A stretch of DNA of 64,000 bases from Leucoraja ocellata (Eukaryota), in contig JAWMAR010000131.1 in the NCBI GenBank assembly GCA_036785375.1, positions 620,001 to 684,000 on the forward strand, given 5' to 3'. Of the stretch, positions 11,651 to 23,532 are shown piece by piece. Under the pieces are notes generated by a model. The model did no database searches. It saw only the letters and a list, made by a program, of their open reading frames with translations, and was not told where the DNA came from. A program made the position numbers and the translations under genes. The stretch's first letter is position 1; each line of letters starts with the position of its first letter.

Positions 11651-12511
11651 CTAGGCTAAGTGGGACCCGTTGGGTCCCAGTCACCACGGGGGAAGTGTGT
11701 ATGTGGGCGGGAGGGGTGGAAGAGGAGGAAGGATGTGGGGGGAGAGAGGAAGTGGGACTTGGTGGTTTGGGGGAGGGGTGTGTGTGGGGTGGAAGTGGTG
11801 TGTGGTGGAGATGGATTGTGGAGGAGAGGGGCGCGGCGGGGGAAAGGGGGAAGGGTGAGGTGGGGGGGGGGGAATGGTGAGGTGGGGGGGGGGGGGAAAG
11901 GGTGAAGTGGGGGGGGGGGGTAGGGGAAGAGCTCGGAGGAAAGACGGGGGAAGAGCCATGGGGGAGAGTGCGGTATCACGGGGGAGGGCAGGAGCCGGGG
12001 AGGAGGACCAGAGGGGAAGGGGTTCGGGATGTGATGAGGCCTCACAGCGGTCGCTGGTCGTTCTCCTCCACCAGGATGAGAGTCTCTACTTTCCGTTGGC
12101 GACATCAGTGCCATCTCTGACTCCGCGCTGGCCGGGCTGGGGTCGGGTCGTTTCCAGTCCCTCCGAAAATTGTGTCCAGTTGGAGACCTCCGCCGGCCAT
12201 CCAGAGCATCCCGCAACTGCAGTAAAGATGCGATGGCACAGGAAGCGGAGTAACAGCAGAAGCGACCAATCCGCCTGACACTGAATGGCAGGAGAGCCAA
12301 TCGATCTGCGCACGTGCAGTTTTTAAGATTTTTAAACCTCGATAACTCTTACCAGCTTCCACCGATCGAAATGAAACTTGGTGCAATCGCAGCATAGGAG
12401 AACGATGAGTAAGCTGGAGAAAAATAGTAGCGCTATCGCGTACCGTTTTGCGCAAATAGAATGACCGCCAAACCGGAAGATAACAAGATCAGAATTTTAG
12501 TTATGTATAGA
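11651..12511 (-). mobile_element. Non-autonomous Helitron (861 bp)
   Basis: On the minus strand it starts A|TCTATACATAACTAAAA and ends GGGACCC-AAC-GGGTCCC-acttagc-CTAG|T. This gives a 5' TC, a 3' CTAG, a subterminal GC hairpin, insertion between A and T, and no TSD. Confidence 0.85.
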
Positions 12512-13524
12512 TTGTCCAACTGTGGTCCATAATTCACATTAATTTAACTTGGTAAGAGCACAAGGAAAAAAATAATCCAATTGATTAATTAGATCCTTTA
12601 GGCAGTAAAACCAATCATACATTGAGCAACTTCTGTGCTTAGCTAATGCCAATTGTAAATATCCCTGTTTGGTAATATCACTTAAATTGTGATTTAATTC
12701 AAAGAGTTACAATGAAACCGCAGGGGGAAAAAAGTGCAATGCAGCAGTGAACTGAATAGACTAATCCCAGATTTGAAACTCTGAGCATCCACAGGGTTAA
12801 TGTTCTTTGCAAGATGTTCTTTGTAAAGGCAGGAAGTTTGCAGCTATATGTTATCCATCAATCCCTACGGGCAAAACACAGTGGCAATGTTGCTTAAAAA
12901 GTCAGGCTTTAACTATTATAATGGTGTAGGTGGTGGGCGAGTTGCAGTTACATTAAGGCAGCAAACAAAGGCAGTTGCCATTAAATTAAGAATTGTATAC
13001 ATGTGGTTTAGCATTTCACATTTTTAATTACAGGGAAAAGTCCACTTATAGCCTCTGGCACTGAGCGATAATACATCAGTGTTGCCGGAGATACAAACAA
13101 TCATCCCAAAAAAGATAGAGCATTCATTTTGTGCTATCCATGATGTAGTCACACTATGTGGCCACTAGGTAGATCTGTGCGCAGTACTGATGATTTCTCC
13201 CAACTTATCACCCGATTAATGTAAAAACTAGAAGTTTAATTGTTTAAGCCATTATCAATAAGGTCTGCAGTGTTATTCATGACAATTAATGTTCTATAGA
13301 AACCATATTTTTACCAAGAAATGTGGTAAAAATTGTAAGCTTGAAACACACTCAAACTGAACATGGTGCCAGGACAAACTGATCTCATCTGCTTTTACAT
13401 AATCGATATCATTCCATTCCTAACACCCATCTAATCTAATAGCTCTTAAATGACACTATCACATCTATCCCCACCACCGTGTAAAAAACAAAATATTTCC
13501 CCACACATCTCTATAATACTAAAA

Positions 13525-13565
13525 GGTGTGTGTGTGTGTGCGCGTGTGCGTGTGCGTGTGTGTGT
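13525..13565. repeat. (TG)n/(CG) alternating microsatellite
   Basis: gtgtgtgtgtgtgtgcgcgtgtgcgtgtgcgtgtgtgtgt. Confidence 0.9.
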
Positions 13566-14539
13566 CTGGTTAGTGTCCATTACTAAATGATTGCAAATTC
13601 AAGGAGTGTAAAAGGCACATTTTCAATTGTGCAAATGACAAATTTTAAATTCCCATTAAAATAAATAATCTGCTGCATGGAAGTATCAGGATAGCCCTGC
13701 AACAGTGCTTCCCAATTTTTCCCAGTAACAAGCCTCACGGAGACACAACCAGTTGAAAGCCATTTTATCAACATAAGTATTTAAATGACCCATGCATTCT
13801 GGTTGAATTAGGAGTTCGGTAAATTAGAAATGCTTTTACTGTAATACAAGTGGCTGAGCACTAGATGGTGCAATTGCACCATAATCTTAAAATTATTTGG
13901 AAAGAAAATTGGGTTATTGAATTGAATATTAGAATAAGAGTCGGTCTAAATTTTACATTTATCATGGCAAATTGCCTTGACCTTATGCACTAATTTAAGA
14001 AATTATATATATACACCGGAATTCCAAAATCATTTAAAGTTTTTAAATCTGATAATACACCTTATGTTTTAGTGTTCCTTTTGTGTTCCCATAAAAATTG
14101 CAAGTTTAAATGGAAAGGGACTCATCAACGTTTTCAATGACAGGACAAAGTAAAAATAATTTTGAAATTATCAAAATATAACTAGTATAATATATGATTA
14201 TAATGGAAGGAATAAACAGAGCAGGGTCCATGCCACTGCATCTTCTTGTTCAACTTACTAGAGCTTCATGTTTGATCCAATCAGTGTTTTGAGTCAGCCC
14301 AAGGCAATTTACTCTGTCTCATTTGTTTTTCATGGCTTTCTGCAGCCTTTGGCGTTGGTGTTATCTAGCTAGTTTGGATTGTATTCAGTTGGCACTCATC
14401 TCTCTTGCCAATGCCATTAAGCCACCTGCAATGGCTTTACCTAAGCTTGCTTTCTTACCACTCATGTCCACTGGTACATTGAAAAGATTAAACTGAAAAG
14501 ATCAAAACCGGGAAGAAGGGGAACACCCAGTTGTACCTT

Positions 14540-15320
14540 AGTATCTCCTCTCAACACTGCCATAATCACCAAATTCTCCAGAGAGCTTGCCCCATCAGGG
14601 GAGAGCACACATTTCCTCCAAATATTGGTAAGATTCAAACCAACATTCCAATCCTTTTCACAAAGTCAGTTCCTTACCGACCATCTCTCTCAATCAAACC
14701 CCTGTGACACCGAAAAGGTAATGCTCACAAATCTCAAGTCACATCTGACCTAGAATCAGGTTTCCGAAATCTATTCTCATACTATAATCAAGGCCAGCTA
14801 TTCTCTCCTCTGATACTGGCCCTGGCCTGCTCAATGTCCACAGAAACCCTCATGCTTACCTTTCATTACGTTTAATTTGCCATTTTAATACAGCCCTTGC
14901 CAGTCTTCCTTGTACATGGAGGTCCTGACAACCCCAAACCAACACTGCTGGCCATGTTGCAACTTGCATCGTGACATTCATCAGTCAGTATTAGTATTTT
15001 TGATCCACATAGCTTCAGGTCAAGTAAGCGTTGACCATAAAATGTCCATCTTAGTTTTTTCCCCAATTTTTACCATGGACATTCTCTGTAATTGCCTCCA
15101 GCTCTCTAAACATTCAGATCAGAGCTTCTCAGTATCTGGCCCCTGGCCCCACATATAAATGTTCCACCGTTGGCAGTTATGGTTGCGAAGTCTGCAGTTC
15201 TCGCCTAAACTCCTAAAGCCTGCGACTCTTTCTTACAAAGCGTGACCCCCTTTTCAAATAGGCATAATTATCTGCTGATATCGCCTCATATGTTATGATG
15301 CAGCTGGCAAACTGTTTGCT
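14540..15320 (+). mobile_element. Ancient L2-like LINE 3' remnant
   Basis: C-rich decayed sequence resembling the L2 ORF2 C-terminal region; a related remnant lies at ~45130-45720. No intact ORF. Confidence 0.35.
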
Positions 15321-17364
15321 GATAAACTGAACTACCTCTGCCAATTTTCCGCCTACATTAAAGATACAATATGAAGGAAAGTCATTATCAAGATCCTGCA
15401 GTCGTACCATTACCAACAGCTGCAATAATCAACAACTACCTTCAGAATCTTGGCTCTGAAGTAAAATGGCTGAGGGATGGGTTGGTCAATATTATCCATC
15501 ATTGGTTGGAAGGTTCAAGCTAATTCTAGATCAATGTTTATTTCAATCAATTCACTGCACATCAACAAGATATTTTTGACCTCTACATTTAAAACATACG
15601 TAATGACCCAACAGCACAAGGTATCATTGGCTTGTTAAATGCTGTTGTATTGTTTGACATTCTGTGTCACTGAGGCCATTTTAAAGAGGTATAGATATTA
15701 GATGTGATCACATTACATTCAACCGATGCCACCACATGAAAGCAATTAATTTTTAAGTTTTAAAACTAGGAACAATTTCGCACAATGCACAACAACTTAA
15801 ACATTAGTCCCTCATCAAACAGGTATCTAATTTTCACCACGATTTCAATTCCAAAACAAAATGACTCACTGACTGGCAAGGGATAAAAACATGAGGCAAA
15901 GGCATTTCGCATTGCTTGCAGGCTTAGCTATACAATGTGTTTATTCAGTGCCTTTCCTCCAAGACATTGTAAAAGGTGTACAAACATCTAAAAATCTCCA
16001 GAGATAACAAAGAAACATACACACTTTACCGACTTGGATAACTGGTAAATCTGGAACAAGCTCAAAGCACCCGAGAGCCTTTATCTGTGCTTTCATGTAA
16101 TTCTCATATTTCATAGGCATCAATAGTTTAGTGTTATTTTTGATGAATTTTAAAAAAGGATGTGCCATTAATAGCAGCTGTAATTAAGATGCTTCCATAA
16201 GTGGTTAGAATGTTTGCAACTGATGTTCTAAACTGTTCTGTAATAAAACGATTTTGCCACCCACCCACCACCACCACCTTTCCTTAGTATCTTTGCCAAA
16301 TTTGATGATTTAAGCAAAGAAGCTTTAAAAATGCCTATTAAAATAATTAAAATCTGCAATGGACTACGATCTCTCGGTAAGGCTGATTTGATCATTATAA
16401 TGAAGATTAGCTGAAGGTTAGAAACCCACAACAGAAAAAAGTCCAAAAGAAAAGCTGCTTAAAAGGAAAGACAACATACTCTAAAGCAGGTCCTGGAACA
16501 AAGAGACAAGATAGTCTAACAACCTGAAATTTAAACACTTTTCCAGCCTAAAAACTGACCTTACAAATATAAAACAAAACAAAACTCCACCTGTGGTTTA
16601 AACCACACACTGCTGCCAACCCCCCCACACCCTAACTATTGAATTGAGATAATTAGATTGCACATTTCTGTAAAGAAACCATGACCTAGAAATGTAATCA
16701 CAAATGATTTTCACCATTTTCAGTGATAGCACTATTTACAATGATTTCTCCCCAGGAACACCATTATAAAAAAAGTATTTTGTAGAATTACAAATAATTC
16801 ATAGATTTGTCCAAAATTTGACCGAGTGCTTCCCATTACAATAAAATTATATAAACACTCACTAAGCTGCTCTGACAAAAAGTCTCTGACCAGTTTCTCT
16901 TTCTACATATGTTACCTGACCTGTTAAGAGGTTCCAGCATTTTCTGTTTTTATTTCAGATTTCCAGTATGTGCAGGTTTTTTAATTTTCACTTCCCATCA
17001 CAAACTGTTCCTCTCCAGATCTAATATTCGGTGCTGCTGATGCGCACAAAATTAGAATATTTTTGCACAACTACTTGTACATTCTCGTTCATTCACCTCC
17101 ATCCACCCCACCCACAAACACCTTCCCAAAGAACAGAGTCATCACCCAATCCAATCTTTCCTGCTGAACTGCACACCTATTGATCTCATGCTCAACTGAC
17201 TCATTGATACCCGCCTCATTCCCAAGACGCCCTTGATGCACTGAGAGCACAGCACTGCCCCATCAGCCTTCATCAAACCCTTGCCAGGGCAGTCCCAGCA
17301 GCCCCTCAAGTGACATTCCATGCCCAGTTATGCATATCACCACAAAATAAGTGATTTTGGGAAG

Positions 17365-17740
17365 GCAGCCAACATAGTCAAGAACCACTTAGACCGCAGT
17401 CAATCCCCCTTTTCCCCTTTCCCATCAGGCAGAAGATACAAAACTTAAAAGTACATTACAGGAACAGCTTCTTCCCCATTGGTATTGGACTACTGAACAG
17501 ATCTCCCACAAGCTAGGGTGTAGTTCCTATCTTCCAACCTGCCTCACTGTTGACCTTGGACCCTTATGTAACACTATATTGCTATAACTCTATATTCTGC
17601 ACTTTGGTATGTTTCTCTTTCTACATGCTTGGGTGTGGCTTGAATGAATGCAGTCACGTATGGGATTTGCCTGGATAGCATGCAAAACAAAATATTTTTC
17701 ACTGTATCTCAGTACACGCAAAAATAATAAACCAACACCA
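17365..17740 (+). mobile_element. Rex/Babar LINE 3' fragment
   Basis: 'cccatcaggcagaagatacaaaa...gaacagcttcttcccc...gcatgcaaaacaaaatattttcactgtatctcagtacac...ataataaacc'. Confidence 0.65.
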
Positions 17741-17950
17741 ATCCCTTGAGACAAGATTTCTTGTTCTGAATTCAGTGCCTTACATCCTCCAGAACTTACC
17801 TTCAACCTTTCTATCAATCCACATCGCTCATCCAAAGCGTGCCAAACCCGTGAGCCCATGGTCTTGTCTCTTTTACTTTAATGATCTGCACCCAAACCAC
17901 CTCAGTGGGTCTCAAACAGCACCAAACATGTTCCAGAGACAGATCCACTA

Positions 17951-18680
17951 CATAGACAATAGACAATAGGTGCAGGAGTAGGCCATTCAGCCCTTCGAGC
18001 CAGCACCGCCATTCAATGTGATCATGGCTGATCATCCCCAATCAGTACCTCTTTCCTGCCTTCTCTCCATATCCCCCGACTCCGTTATCTTTAAGAGATC
18101 TATCTAGCTTTCACTTGAAAGTATCCAGAAAACCGGCCTCCACCACCCTCTGAGGCAGAGAATTCCAAAGACTCACAACTGTGTGAAAAAGTGTTTCCTC
18201 ATCTCTGTTCTAAATAGCTTAATCTTATTCTTAAACTATGCCCCTGGTTCTGGACTCCCCCAAGATCGGGAACATGTTTCCTGCCTCTAGCGTGTCCAAA
18301 CCATTAATAATCTTATATGTTTCAATAAGATATCCTCTCATCCTTATAAATTCCAGTATACAAGCCCAGCCGCTCCAATCTCTCAGCATATGGTAGTCCT
18401 GCCATTCTGGGAATTAACCTTGTGAACCTACGCTGCACTAGCAAGAATGTCCTTCCTCAGATTTGGAGACCAAAACTGCACACAATACTCCAGGTGTGGT
18501 CTCACTAGGGCCATGTACAACTGCAGAAGGACCTCTATGCTCCTTTACTCAATTCCTCTTGTTATGAAGGCCAACATGTCATTCGCTTTCTGCACTGCCT
18601 GCTGTACCTGCATGCTTACTTTCATTGACTGATGAACCCCCAGATCCCATTGCACTTCCCCTTTTCCCAACTTGACACTT
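17951..18680 (-). mobile_element. CR1 LINE 3' portion (RT C-terminal region and 3' UTR)
   Basis: (caataga)n tail; 'ggtgcaggagtaggccattcagcccttcgagcc'. The minus strand encodes the CR1 motif [21 protein letters not shown] (antisense of ORF 18447-18632). Confidence 0.85.
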
Positions 18681-18839
18681 ATGTATTAGGTGTGTCCTCG
18701 ATGATTATATTAAAGTCTATGAATTATTTGACCATAGAAATATCAAAAAGAAAATAGAAATATCAAAAAAAGCAGCAAATGTCTACAAAAATTGTATTCT
18801 ACAGACCAAATGGTTGATAAATGCAAGTTTAAATATGAA

Positions 18840-19085
18840 GCACAAGGAACTACAGATGCCCCATTTATAAAATGAAAAGACAAAGTGCTGGAGTAATTCA
18901 ACAAGTCTGGCAGTTACAATGCCTTGTAACTGTATATTTTGACTGATGGCAGACCAATTTATCTCTGGGATAAATAGAGTTGTATCTCTGGAAAAATGGA
19001 CAGGTTATGTTTCAGGTTGGGGGCCCTTTCTGAAACATCACCTATGCTGCCTGTCCTGTTGAGTTACTCCAACAATCTTTTTGTC
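18840..19085. mobile_element. Diverged Penelope-like fold-back element
   Basis: aaggaactacagatgc...aaagtgctggagtaattca with inverted arm ...tgagttactccaacaatctttttgtc. Confidence 0.55.
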
Positions 19086-19160
19086 CTCAAAAGGAACAGA
19101 GTGTTTGTCACAGTGACAAATAGCATGAAACAGATGTCCAATGGACTGATAGCCACCTAC

Positions 19161-20919
19161 CTGATGAAGGTCCTTCGCCTAGTCCTCCATCTTCTGAGCC
19201 CTCTTCAGAGCCTTCCTCAGGCTTGTCAGTCCCTGGGCTGCGGTCTTCCACCCCTGTGTTAGAGTCTATCGACTGAGTGCCAGGATCACTACCATCAACT
19301 GAACTTGGTGGATTCTCCACACTTTTCCTGCCTTTCCTGTGTACTCTGGAGTGCAGCACTAACTGATGGTAGGTTCTGAATATCTTACCACATACTGTGC
19401 AGTTGGTTGGTTTAAGTTTGTTCTGAGATAATTTGGGATCAACATCCACTTCTCCCAATGGAGGAGACCCATTCTGCCCTACGCCGTTGTGCTTCATTTT
19501 AGCCTTGTCAGGATTCTCCAAGGTCGTACCCTGATTGGCTTTATCCATGGCCCATTGTTCACTGGAATCCTCTTTGTCCGATGGTTCCTCCTCATTCTCA
19601 GAGTTTGCTATTTGCCCTGGATCTTTCACATTCTCTCGACCTACTGCCACTTTCCCTTTGGTGGCCAGCTGCCAAGCTTGGTAGGTGTTGAAGGGATCAA
19701 GCTCAGGTATCCATTTCCCCAGCTTTGCAGATTTGTTACAATTTTGCGACAGGAAAGGACTCAAATTCAGCATCTGTAGGAATCCATCCTGCGACAGAGC
19801 GGGTTCTGGATTTATGGAGGGATCATCCATCTTCTCCGTCAAATCTTTGTTGTGAACTTTGCTGTGTTCCTTTAAGCTGTCTTTGTTAGGGAAAAGAAAT
19901 CCGCACACCATGCACATTTTGTAGGGAGTAGCAACGTTTCCCAAAATTGGCTCCTGCATAGCAACATTATTGATCGTTGCAGGACCTTCTGGATCCTGCT
20001 GCGATTTCCCCTTGGCTTTACTTGAATGTGTCCTCATGTGGTTCTTTAGAAACCAAGGTTCCTTAAAACGCCGGCCACATACATTGCAGCCATAGGTAAA
20101 GGAATCCTTGTGTTTCCTCATGTGAGTTTCCAGATTCAAAGCACTCTCACAGGACAGGCCACAAACTTTGCAGCTAAGCTCACCATCATCATTTTCATCC
20201 ATTGCCTCCTGTTCTGGAGAACTTACAGCGACATGCTCCTCTTCAACGGGGCTCAAACCTTCCTCTACTCGAAGGACTGCTGGCTCACAGAGTGTAGGCT
20301 TGTGCTGAATGACCACATGGTGATGGAGATCATCTGAATGTTGAAAGCTTTTTTTGCAGAACATACACGGGAGAGGTGGGCACGCTTCAGCTTGGACTAC
20401 CTTTCCTTCCAAGCTCTCAAGGGACAAAGTAACACCGTTTACCGGTTTAACATCAATCTCAGTCACACCGGTCTCATTAGTCGCGATACCACCAGACACC
20501 GTATTTGCTATTTCAAAATTTATGGGTGACAAGTTGGCCTTATTCCTTCCCGTTTTTTCTCCTTGTAAATGGTCTAGTTTGTGCTTTCGGAGGTGAATTT
20601 TCAAATGGGCTTTTTGAGATGTTTTATGGTTGCAGAAGGGACAGTTAAATCGCTTTTTATTTGTGTGCATGGTCATGTGTTGTGCCAAAAGACTGCTAAA
20701 AGGAAAGTATTGATCACAAATTGAACAGTGGTGTTCAAACGAATTTTTTGCATCCGAAAAATCGAGCGTTGAGTTTACATCGTCGTCTTGGACACCAGAT
20801 GTTTTCATTATTACGCTCTCTGTGGGCTTTACCACAAATTCATGTGGCTGGTCAGTAAACCAAGGCATAAGCTCTTCTTCAGATGTTCTTTCTTGGTCGT
20901 CGTGATATTGTATTCTCAT
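19161..20919 (-). CDS. ZNF217: ZNF217 first coding exon (seven C2H2 fingers); exon begins at 21016
   Basis: Acceptor tgtgttctgctttcAG|C at 21017/21016; first in-frame ATG 20919; donor TCAG|GTAGGT at 19161/19160. Contains PCMFC..HKPTLCEPAVLRVE, DSFTYGCNVCGRRFKEPWFLKNHMRTH, LDPFNTYQAWQLATKGKVA, CGKIFRTYHQLVLHSRVH and GSEDG, all diagnostic of ZNF217. The exact start codon is less certain (downstream MPW or MKT possible). Confidence 0.95.
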
Positions 20920-21528
20920 CACATTGAGACAATTCAAAGCCTTAGAGCTTCGATTTCAAGCTGGAGCACCTGGCTTGTCCCTTTCCTTGCACTTAATGAT
21001 GTAGAAGTTCCAAATGCTGAAAGCAGAACACAGAGCATTCAAAAACGGAATCAAAATTGTCGCTCGTCCATAAACATCTGGTTTTAAATTATGCTTTAGC
21101 ACTAAAAAAAAAACATTGGAACTACTTTTCTAACCATAATCAAAACAGTAACACTTTCCACATACATAGAATTGCTTTCCACTGCGATATAAATATCGGG
21201 AACAAAGATTAGAAAATCTGAATCAAGTTGCTCTTTATAGACCAGAGGACAGCTCATCACAGAACTCAGTAAACATTAATTTCTCCAGTGGCTTCTACTG
21301 AAAATGAGACCCGTTTAACTGACTCTTTTTTTCCCTCTTTTGAGCTCACTGGATTTTGCAATCAAAATGATAAAGCACCAACTGTCCATATGCAAGTTAA
21401 ACCCAACTTCTCTTTAACAGCATCTTAATGGTTTGCAATAGAAAAAACATTTAAGTTATTGTCCAAGTTGTTTTGCACCCCCATTGCACAAATACTTTAC
21501 CCAAAAGTCTCAGTAGACATGGCACTTA

Positions 21529-21622
21529 AGGACACAAAATGCTGGAGTAACTCAGCTGGTCAGGCAGCATCTCTGGAGAACATGGATATGCAACATTTCG
21601 GGTTGGGACCCTTCTTCAGACG
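21529..21622 (-). mobile_element. Penelope-like arm with hammerhead core
   Basis: The minus strand reads cgtCTGAAGAagggtcccaacccGAAAtgttgc, then the arm ...gctgagttactccagcattttgtgtcc. Confidence 0.7.
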
Positions 21623-21923
21623 GACTGGCAATAAAAGTTGTGCATGTTTACTTTGGTCATTCCATCAGCTTTTAATTATTCAATAAAACAAATGTTTCAA
21701 CTTTGCTGACTAAGCAGCATCTGTGCAGAGAAAAATGTTTTCGGGTCAAATTCCCTCCTTTAGACTGGAAGAATTTTGATAGGCAATATATTGGTCAATG
21801 CAAAGAAAGAAATGAGTCAATTGGGAGAGGGCAGTTTGCACTGTGGAGAATGGAGAATGAAGTACAGAAAGGACACGATTGAGTAGAATGGCAGAAGTAT
21901 TAAAACCAATGCCTATGCTAGAG

Positions 21924-22235
21924 TGCGGCACGGTGGCGCAGTTGTACAGTTGCTGCTGTACAGCGCTTGCAGCACCAGAGATCCGGGTTTGATCCCGACT
22001 ACAGGTGCTGTCTGTACGGAGTTTGTACGTTCTCCTCGTGACCGCGTGGGTTTTCTCAGAGATTTTCGGTTTCCTCCCACATTCTAAAGACGTACAGGTT
22101 TGTAGGTTAATTGGTTTGGTACCAGTGTAAATTGTCCCTCGTGTGCGTCGGATAGTGTTAATGTGCGGGGATCACTGGTCAGTGCAGACTCGGTGGGACG
22201 AAGGGCCTGTTTCCATGTTGTATCTCTAAACTAAA
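21924..22235 (+). mobile_element. V-SINE, near full length
   Basis: A box (tggcgcagttg), B box (gggtttgatcc), V-domain and tail tgtatctctaaactaaac. Confidence 0.85.
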
Positions 22236-23532
22236 CACAACAATGATAATAGGAAAAAAGGTTGCGAGTAGTTAATGGAAGTAGTAGGCGTATTCTAAAA
22301 TTGCTAACTTAATTTGAATTCAGAATAAATGTGGTGTAAATGAAAAGATAAGGTGGTTGCTGTTCCTCAAGTCAACAGTGCAAGAGATCTTGTGCTAAGT
22401 TCCACCCAAGTTAACTATTGCTTCACTTGGGAGGAGTGTTTGGGGCCTTGAACAGAGGAAGAGGAAGTGGCACAGCATGGTTTGTGGGGTAATCAAGAAT
22501 GCTCCAAATAATAATGAAAGGAAGAGGAGACAATGTGTTTTCTGGTGGTATGACGAAAATGCATGGGAAGCAATTCATTGAATTTGAAGGGTGATGGAAT
22601 TGCAGACTTGGGAAGTCATGGGGATGAGTGCTGGCAGAAATGAGACAAACAATTCCAACCAAGTCCATTCTTCAGAACCAATGGACGATTCATGAACCAT
22701 CGAGACATACCCATTCATCTCACCTCATCAACGCCAACCATGATACCCATCTACAATAATCACACGCCTGCATTCGGCCTAGATCCCTCTACACCCTTCC
22801 CATGCAAGTATAAACACCTTGTGTTTTATGCAGGGATAATGCTCCTGAAAAGCAGCGTGCAATTCAAAAACATACAAATCAAACATATTTACACAGGCAT
22901 AAATATGAGCGTTCTTTTTTTTAAATTAGCATATAAATTAGGTTTTTGTACTAATTGAACAAGAGCGTTATTTAAAAAATGCACAAAATCAAACGTACAC
23001 AAAATGTAAGGTGCCTGTATTGTTGAAAAACCTTTAAAACATTTTATCTGCAAGGTAGAGTCCAGCAATAATATGAGAAAGCAGAGCTTGATGCCCCAGA
23101 GGGACTATAATAACCATTCAACCTCCACAAGGCAACGGTCATATTACCAACAAGGACATCATCCCTGATTTTGTTGTTACACCTGCTGACAAGGGCAAAT
23201 TCAAGGTCACAGTGCTGCAGTAGGAAGTAGGAAATGAAAATCAAGATCATTTACAGAGAAATGTTTCTGTTATGGAGTCTAGAGTAGCAGATTTGGAAGA
23301 GAGAAAGGACCTTGTGTGGAAGGGTGGCGGTTATGGTCTTAAAATAAAATGGCTAACTCGTGTTCAAAAATAAAAAATAAAAAATAAAACAAAACAAAAC
23401 CCTACGTCTGCATTTCCAAATCCTGCCACTTGGTGACACTATAATTAAATGCTCCAAAAAAAAGTAAGCTCTCTCAATCTTCAGTGTTGATACCCCCCAT
23501 AATCTTAGTTCTAAACCAGTACAGTGAAATGG

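Noticed and set aside
11617-12455. Cluster of Pro/Gly-rich ORFs up to 214 aa
   Set aside because: Low-complexity G/C tract inside a Helitron; stop codons are absent for compositional reasons.
19108-19160. ORF-track tail RWLSVHWTSVSCYLSL*, and the TTG start at 20937
   Set aside because: The tail lies past the donor at 19161. TTG is an alternative-start artefact; the first in-frame ATG is 20919.
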